Origin: Eledone cirrhosa
Lineage: Eukaryota
Length of the DNA stretch: 64,000 nucleotides
Assembly (NCBI GenBank): GCA_964016885.1
Contig: OZ024740.1
Location: 298,034,001 to 298,098,000 of the forward strand
Direction: 5' to 3'
A model generated the notes under the pieces. It was not told the origin of the DNA and ran no database searches. It was given only the letters and a program-made list of their open reading frames with translations. The translations under genes and the position numbers were made by a program. Within the stretch, counting starts at the first letter, position 1. Each line of letters starts with the position of its first letter. Positions 58,046-64,000 of this stretch are shown here, piece after piece.

Positions 58046-58569
58046 TATTATATACAATATGTTTGTGATTATTTGTTCTGGCTCTTTCCGTTTCTGAGTT
58101 CAAATCCCACGTCAACGTTACCTTTCATCCTTCAAAGGTTGATAAATTAAAGTACCTGTCAAGTACTGGCGTTCATTGAATCAACTTTGCCTTTCCCCAA
58201 AATTTGCCGGCGTGTACCTAAATTAGAAATCGATATAGTCACAGCTTAAAATACAGCAAGACTATATATGTTTATTCAACACAAATCTGTTTGCGTTTAT
58301 ATGCGACTTTATATATGTATATGCAAAACCAGATTTAGACCGGGGAGGGGGGGGGGGTTAGTTCAGGTTTGGCGAGCCCCACATACATATATATAAGCAG
58401 GAAGAGAAAGGGGCCCTATTCGAAAGGGGGGGGGTACAGTTTGATGAGGGATGCCCTGGGCATTCGCCCCCCCCCCCCCCCCCCCCCCAAATCCACCCCA
58501 GTGTATATGTTTGTTTAGATCGGAATTAAAATATTACGAAACCCTTAACAGATCCCTACCTCATCACCA

Positions 58570-58872
<303 letters not shown>

Positions 58873-58962
58873 TATATATACAGTAAAATATACATAGTAT
58901 CAAACGTACATTTAATTATATATGTGTGTGTGAGAGTATGTGTGGTGTATGTATGTATGTAT

Positions 58963-58997
<35 letters not shown>

Positions 58998-59135
58998 AAA
59001 ACACTGAAAGCGTGAGAATAAAAACAAGGTAAAGTTTAAGATAGCGAAATTATCGATTAGCAAACTAATCGATGGCAGTTATGCAACCCCAAGCCATCAC
59101 CCTCGAAAAAGCACATTCTGAGTACAAACTCAGGC

Positions 59136-59203
<68 letters not shown>

Positions 59204-59339
59204 TGATAAAAAATGTACTGTTATTTTATTTCACCTGACTACGTGTAGGTGTCTGCATTATAGAATTCCGAAAGTTAAAATGAAAAATACACGCTAAGAA
59301 TAACAGTTAACTTTATTAATAGTATAGTACATCGTATTT

Positions 59340-60488
59340 TCACTTTACCTCACTGCTACAATGATCTGGAAAACTCTGTCCAATTTTTAAAACTTGTCTC
59401 ACACTAATATTTATTCTGCTCTCCTTAAAAAACTGTTCGTAATTTTTCCAGTGTAAGGAATTCACCGACGTCGATATGTGTCTGTTTGTATTATCAAAGT
59501 CTGTAGAGTTATCCAAACTGGGTTCCGAGTCTTCTCCTGAGTTTGGTGTATTTTGATATAGTAAAGAATTTAATTCCGCGAGTTCCTCTGTTATTCCTGC
59601 ATTGGATGAGATTTCAAAATGCTTTGAATGAAGCACGCGCGGTATAGCATGATAGAACAGTCTCGAATCTCCGGCCATAACACAGATATCGCCAGATCGA
59701 AGGTGAAAGGCTACGGGTTTCACCGCTTTTGTTACACCGCCTAATAGAAAGAGTGCGTCTTGGCCAAAACTGAATGAAAGAATTGGCGAGTGATGATCAA
59801 ACTCTGAGTGATCTGTGTGCCCAGCTAGTGTAGAATCCATACGATAATAGTTCACTATTGCAGCCTCCGGATTATATTCCATACAGCCGATCGCACAAGC
59901 GATGTATTTCGCCAAAGTTTTGAGATCGAATGGAAATATAGATATATGGTTTTTATCATATGTTTTATCGTCCCAGTTATAATGATAACCCAGTGTGACC
60001 CACCGGAGTTTTTTGATATGATATCTCATATCGAAAGGTACAGTGTCCAGATTTGATTTTGTTTTTCCGCTTTCGAATTTTTCACTGGCCTTCCAGATAT
60101 TGTCGGGCCGATTAATCCCACATTGCTTTTCAATAAAGTCAAGATTAGTAACATTCTGCTTGGACGGATAATCATTCAGACAACGATAAGTCCAGTAACG
60201 TTGACCAGAGGCTGTGAACGGATTACAGATAAACACAAAACCCGGATTTGTTTTGTGACAATACGCTTTCCATTCATTCACCGGTCGTAAGCCGTACATG
60301 CGTGGCTCTGTCTTTGTTGTTTGTTCAAGGTTAAAGGAAATGACATCACTATTATTATTTGTAGTTAATTCATTCGTAAAATCAATTACCTCTGAAAAAT
60401 CGGGAGGTGGTTCTTTACGCTTATATCGCTTGAATTCTTCACGAAATAAATCTGTGCCGTTGTCGTCGTCTTTATATGCAGAAGCCAT
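59340..60488 (-). CDS. ALKBH1: Alpha-ketoglutarate/Fe(II)-dependent dioxygenase AlkB homolog 1, single coding exon, 382 aa
   Basis: ORF has ALKBH1-specific blocks: N-terminal DLFREEFKRYKRK..DFSEVIDF, KLRWVTLGYHYNWD, AAIVNYYRMDSTLAGHTDHSE (HxD), SFSFGQDALFLLGG, LRSGDICVMAGDSRLFYHAIPRV (distal His) and RINISVRQV (2OG arginines). No stops or frameshifts. AATAAA on the minus strand at 59312-59317. Confidence 0.95.
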   Translation of the reverse strand: MASAYKDDDNGTDLFREEFKRYKRKEPPPDFSEVIDFTNELTTNNNSDVISFNLEQTTKTEPRMYGLRPVNEWKAYCHKTNPGFVFICNPFTASGQRYWTYRCLNDYPSKQNVTNLDFIEKQCGINRPDNIWKASEKFESGKTKSNLDTVPFDMRYHIKKLRWVTLGYHYNWDDKTYDKNHISIFPFDLKTLAKYIACAIGCMEYNPEAAIVNYYRMDSTLAGHTDHSEFDHHSPILSFSFGQDALFLLGGVTKAVKPVAFHLRSGDICVMAGDSRLFYHAIPRVLHSKHFEISSNAGITEELAELNSLLYQNTPNSGEDSEPSLDNSTDFDNTNRHISTSVNSLHWKNYEQFFKESRINISVRQVLKIGQSFPDHCSSEVK

Positions 60489-62189
60489 TTTGAAATATAT
60501 AGAGTTAAGCCCCCTCGTTCAGAAAATTACTGAGTTTTTTCCCTTGAAAAAGTTTGTTGACATCGAATATTATATGCATGTGCGCGCACGCACATGTGTT
60601 TGTTTATATCCCGTAGATTAGCGTTTCGACAAATAGTTATTGATCGAATAAATACCTGAGTTTATAAAATAAGTACCGGAGTAGATATAATCGACTAAAT
60701 ACCTTTATTGAAGCGATTTAGCATGGCTTTAAATCTAATAACTGAAACATAAGATTAAATGAAAGAACACACCCACCCCCACCAACAACAACCACATTTA
60801 CAGTGTGTGCTGGGTACTTTTTGTCGTGACTCCTACACGACTACTTTACTGTATGGACTGGACACTTTTTGTCATGTCAGCAACACGACCACTTTACAGT
60901 GTGAGCTCGATGTTTTGTTCAAAGTGTAAGGGTGATGTGGACAGGAGTGGGTATAGTGGTTATCATATCCTCCCCCCTTTTTTTCCCCTTGCACGTTATC
61001 TTTAAAAAACATCCAACCATTTAAACAGTAACTGACTTTTTAGCGACTACGAAAACAAAAACAAAGGTGCGCGCCTTCCAATATGTCTACCTAAGACAAA
61101 GTTTCGCCGACCAAATACGTTACGCTGCTTCGTAATGGAAAAGGCTATGTAACCGGTAAGAATGTCAGACACCATGAGTTGCGGCCCGAGTTAAGACAAT
61201 TTGAAATCTTTTCCACCATCAATTGTTAAAAAGAAAGTTAAAATCATTTAGTCGTCCATTCGTAACGTGCGTTACGCTTTAGTTACATACACACACATCT
61301 ACATGTACATACAGACACAGACAACAGAAGGAAAGGGGTGGTGAAACGATATAGCGATGTGTGTTGCATCCCTTTATGGTTTACCGGCTACATAGTCTAT
61401 TTGTTTCGTAATATCTCTTTACGTTCTGACTTCATCTTTACGCATTGACTTCCCATTGACTTCATCTTTACTTTTCATTCCTCTTGTTGGATGGATTGAT
61501 AACAGACAAGTTCTAATATAGATAGGTCTATGATACATCTACTTGAACGTGCAGTCTGTTTCTTTTTGTGTGATAGTTATCACCAAGATAGCTCTCAACA
61601 TAATTTATTTCTATTTACGGAAGAGTTGTATAAATAACATTACAAATAATTAAAAAAGAGAAAGAAAAGGGAAAGGAAAAAAGAAAGAGAAAAATAAAGA
61701 AAAAACACACACAAGCAGGTAATACATACATCTAGGATCACATACAACAAAAGGCAGACGAAAGGGGTGGACAAACAAACCGCAAAAAATAACAATATCG
61801 TGAGGAGCACTTGGAAACCACTCTAATGATTTTTTAGGCAAGCCAGCACACTCGCGTCGTTACCGCAGGTGGCGGCGAGGCTGATACGCTGGAACAGACA
61901 AGCGCCCTCACGAGCTTCACCAGTTACCTCGGTTAGGCAAGCCGCCAGTGAAGATAAGAACCTCGCAGTCAGTAGTCTGTTTCTATATCACAAATTAGGA
62001 GTCGAATCTTCTATATCTCTTTCTCACTTCTATTCTCTCAATTTCTATCTTTCTCTGGAAGAAATCTGCTGTATTCAGACGTGGAGAGAGATGAGCGCCG
62101 CCAGGTTTAAAAATGCGGTGCCACTACGACTCTCCCAGGAGTTACGGAACCACACACACGCATGCACGCACGCACACACACACACACAC

Positions 62190-63041
62190 GGTGGCTGCCA
62201 ACTCGTTTTCGAGTACGGCCACTACTTTATATCCATGTAGGAGAACTCCTACCGATGCGCTGAACGAGTGTGACTTTTTAGTCCAGCCAGCGACTTGAAA
62301 ACTCTGGTACAAGTCAACATCATTGGATACCATCAGGGTTGCAGGTGTTATATCAGAGTTTTCCTTCTCCTAGAATTCTGCCTTGACAAAGGCTAAGGGG
62401 TCATCTCTCCCGGTGATTTCGGGTGGCCATTGACTCTTAAGAGCTCCTTTGCCATTTGACAGGTTTTATTTTTAGTCCTGCAGGATGTCCAAAGTCACCC
62501 TCCTCACCAAGAAACCTTGGTGGGGTTGCCAGTTTAGTCGCCAACGATCCGACCATGAGACAGGTTGTACTGGGATACATGTTACCAGTAGCATACATAC
62601 ATACATACATACATGGTGGCTGCCAACTCGTTTTCGAGTATGGCCACTACTTTATATCCATGTAGGAGAACCCCTACCGATGTGCTGAACGAGTATGACT
62701 TTTTAGTCCAGCCAGCGACTTGAAAACTCTGGTACAAACACTACACTTGTGACAATTATTGACACATTGTGCTGGGCCCATGGTACCATGTGATGACAAG
62801 TGCAGAGAGATCTCCAGATATAAAGCAATGCCTGTGCCGTGAAGCTTTTATAGTGAGCAAAGGCACTGCACAAAGCCAGTCCCACTCTCTTAACCAAGAT
62901 GATATTTACCAAAAAGAAAAACAAGTCAACATCATTGGACACCATCAGAGTTGCAGGTGTTATATCAGAGTTTTCCTTCTCCTAGAATTCTGCCTTGACA
63001 AAGGCTAAGGGGTCATCTCTCCCTGTGATTTTGGATGGCCA
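62190..63041. repeat. Local direct duplication: 62190-62430 repeated as 62615-62737 plus 62924-63041
   Basis: Near-identical GGTGGCTGCCAACTCG.. and GTCAACATCATTGGA.. blocks; the second copy has ~185 extra bp. Confidence 0.85.
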
Positions 63042-63253
63042 TACATACATACATACATGTACAGATATAAAGCATGTAATAACTGCAGGTACAGATACGA
63101 AGCATATACACATGCACACATAACTCAAAACATCAACATCCACACATACAATAACATCCATACCTGCACACATATGCATGCAGACATGCATGCATATGTA
63201 CTTAGTTGATGTTGTCTAAATTCCAATGAGAGAGTTGTGTGTCTATGTTAGAA

Positions 63254-63302
<49 letters not shown>

Positions 63303-63740
63303 TGGTAAAAATTTATAAAATTATAAAATCATAAGAACATACATACATTATATCGCATCTCTTAGAGCGATAGATTTTCAAGATCGTTAGTGAGTCGGAC
63401 AAAATGCATTGTGTCATTTAATTACGGCCCTTTACATTTTGGGTTCAAATTCCGTCTAGGTCAACTTTATCTTTCATCCTTCCGAAGTCGATAAAATAAA
63501 ATAACTGTCAAGTACTGAATCGATATCGTCATTCTCTTCTCCAAAGTCAGACAATGTTTAACAGTGTTCGTTTTGGCTGTCAGCGTCCTGAGTTCAAATC
63601 CCGCCAAGATCAACTTTGCATTTCATCCATTTGGAGTCGATAAAATAAAGTACCTGTTAAATATTTGGGTCAATGTAATCGGCTTTCTCTTTCCCAGAAA
63701 TTAGCTTTGTGCCTAATTAGAAATACAGCTCAATAAATTA

Positions 63741-63910
63741 CCGTATTTTACGGCGTTGAAGACGCTACTTTTCCCTTAAAATAAGTCTAAAAAATCTACC
63801 ATGCGTCCTGGAGACCGAAGGTCGTTTATTATTTTTTTTTTCAAATTTTTGGTTGTCAAAATTAGGGTGCGTCCTTAAGGACGAAACGTCTTCGGCGCCG
63901 AGAAATACGG
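63741..63910. mobile_element. Tc1/mariner-pogo type MITE
   Basis: TA-CCGTATTT...AAATACGG-TA. Confidence 0.8.
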
Positions 63911-64000
63911 TATGTAACTGTCTACTTGAGCGTTATTACCTTGATTGACACAACCACTTTAAATTCGACCGCATAGTTTGATAAGAGGCCGCAGAACGTA

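Overview
AT-rich, microsatellite-saturated animal genomic DNA, most likely an octopus (inferred from the tRNA-derived SINE families and the extreme (TA)n/(CA)n load). There is one 200-N assembly gap. The only clear host gene is an intact, intronless ALKBH1 (59340-60488, minus), with a ~100-bp templated copy of part of it 2.3 kb away. Most long ORFs in the track are microsatellite translation artefacts. The rest is transposon debris: RTE LINE fragments, an R4/Dong-like RLE LINE, a Tigger/pogo fossil, hAT, piggyBac and Tc1-type MITEs, Helitron-like elements, and two SINE families. The main hidden signal is that many short unique islands between (TA)n tracts are ends of Penelope-like retroelements (PLEs) from about ten different families. 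By manual folding, about a dozen carry type I hammerhead ribozymes (HHRs), including non-canonical core variants and giant helix II insertions. They are usually inserted as asymmetric inverted pairs with two discrete 3' end points. Several unrelated families share a covarying 3'-tail hairpin (ACTC...GAGTRC). All RNA folds were made by eye and are untested.
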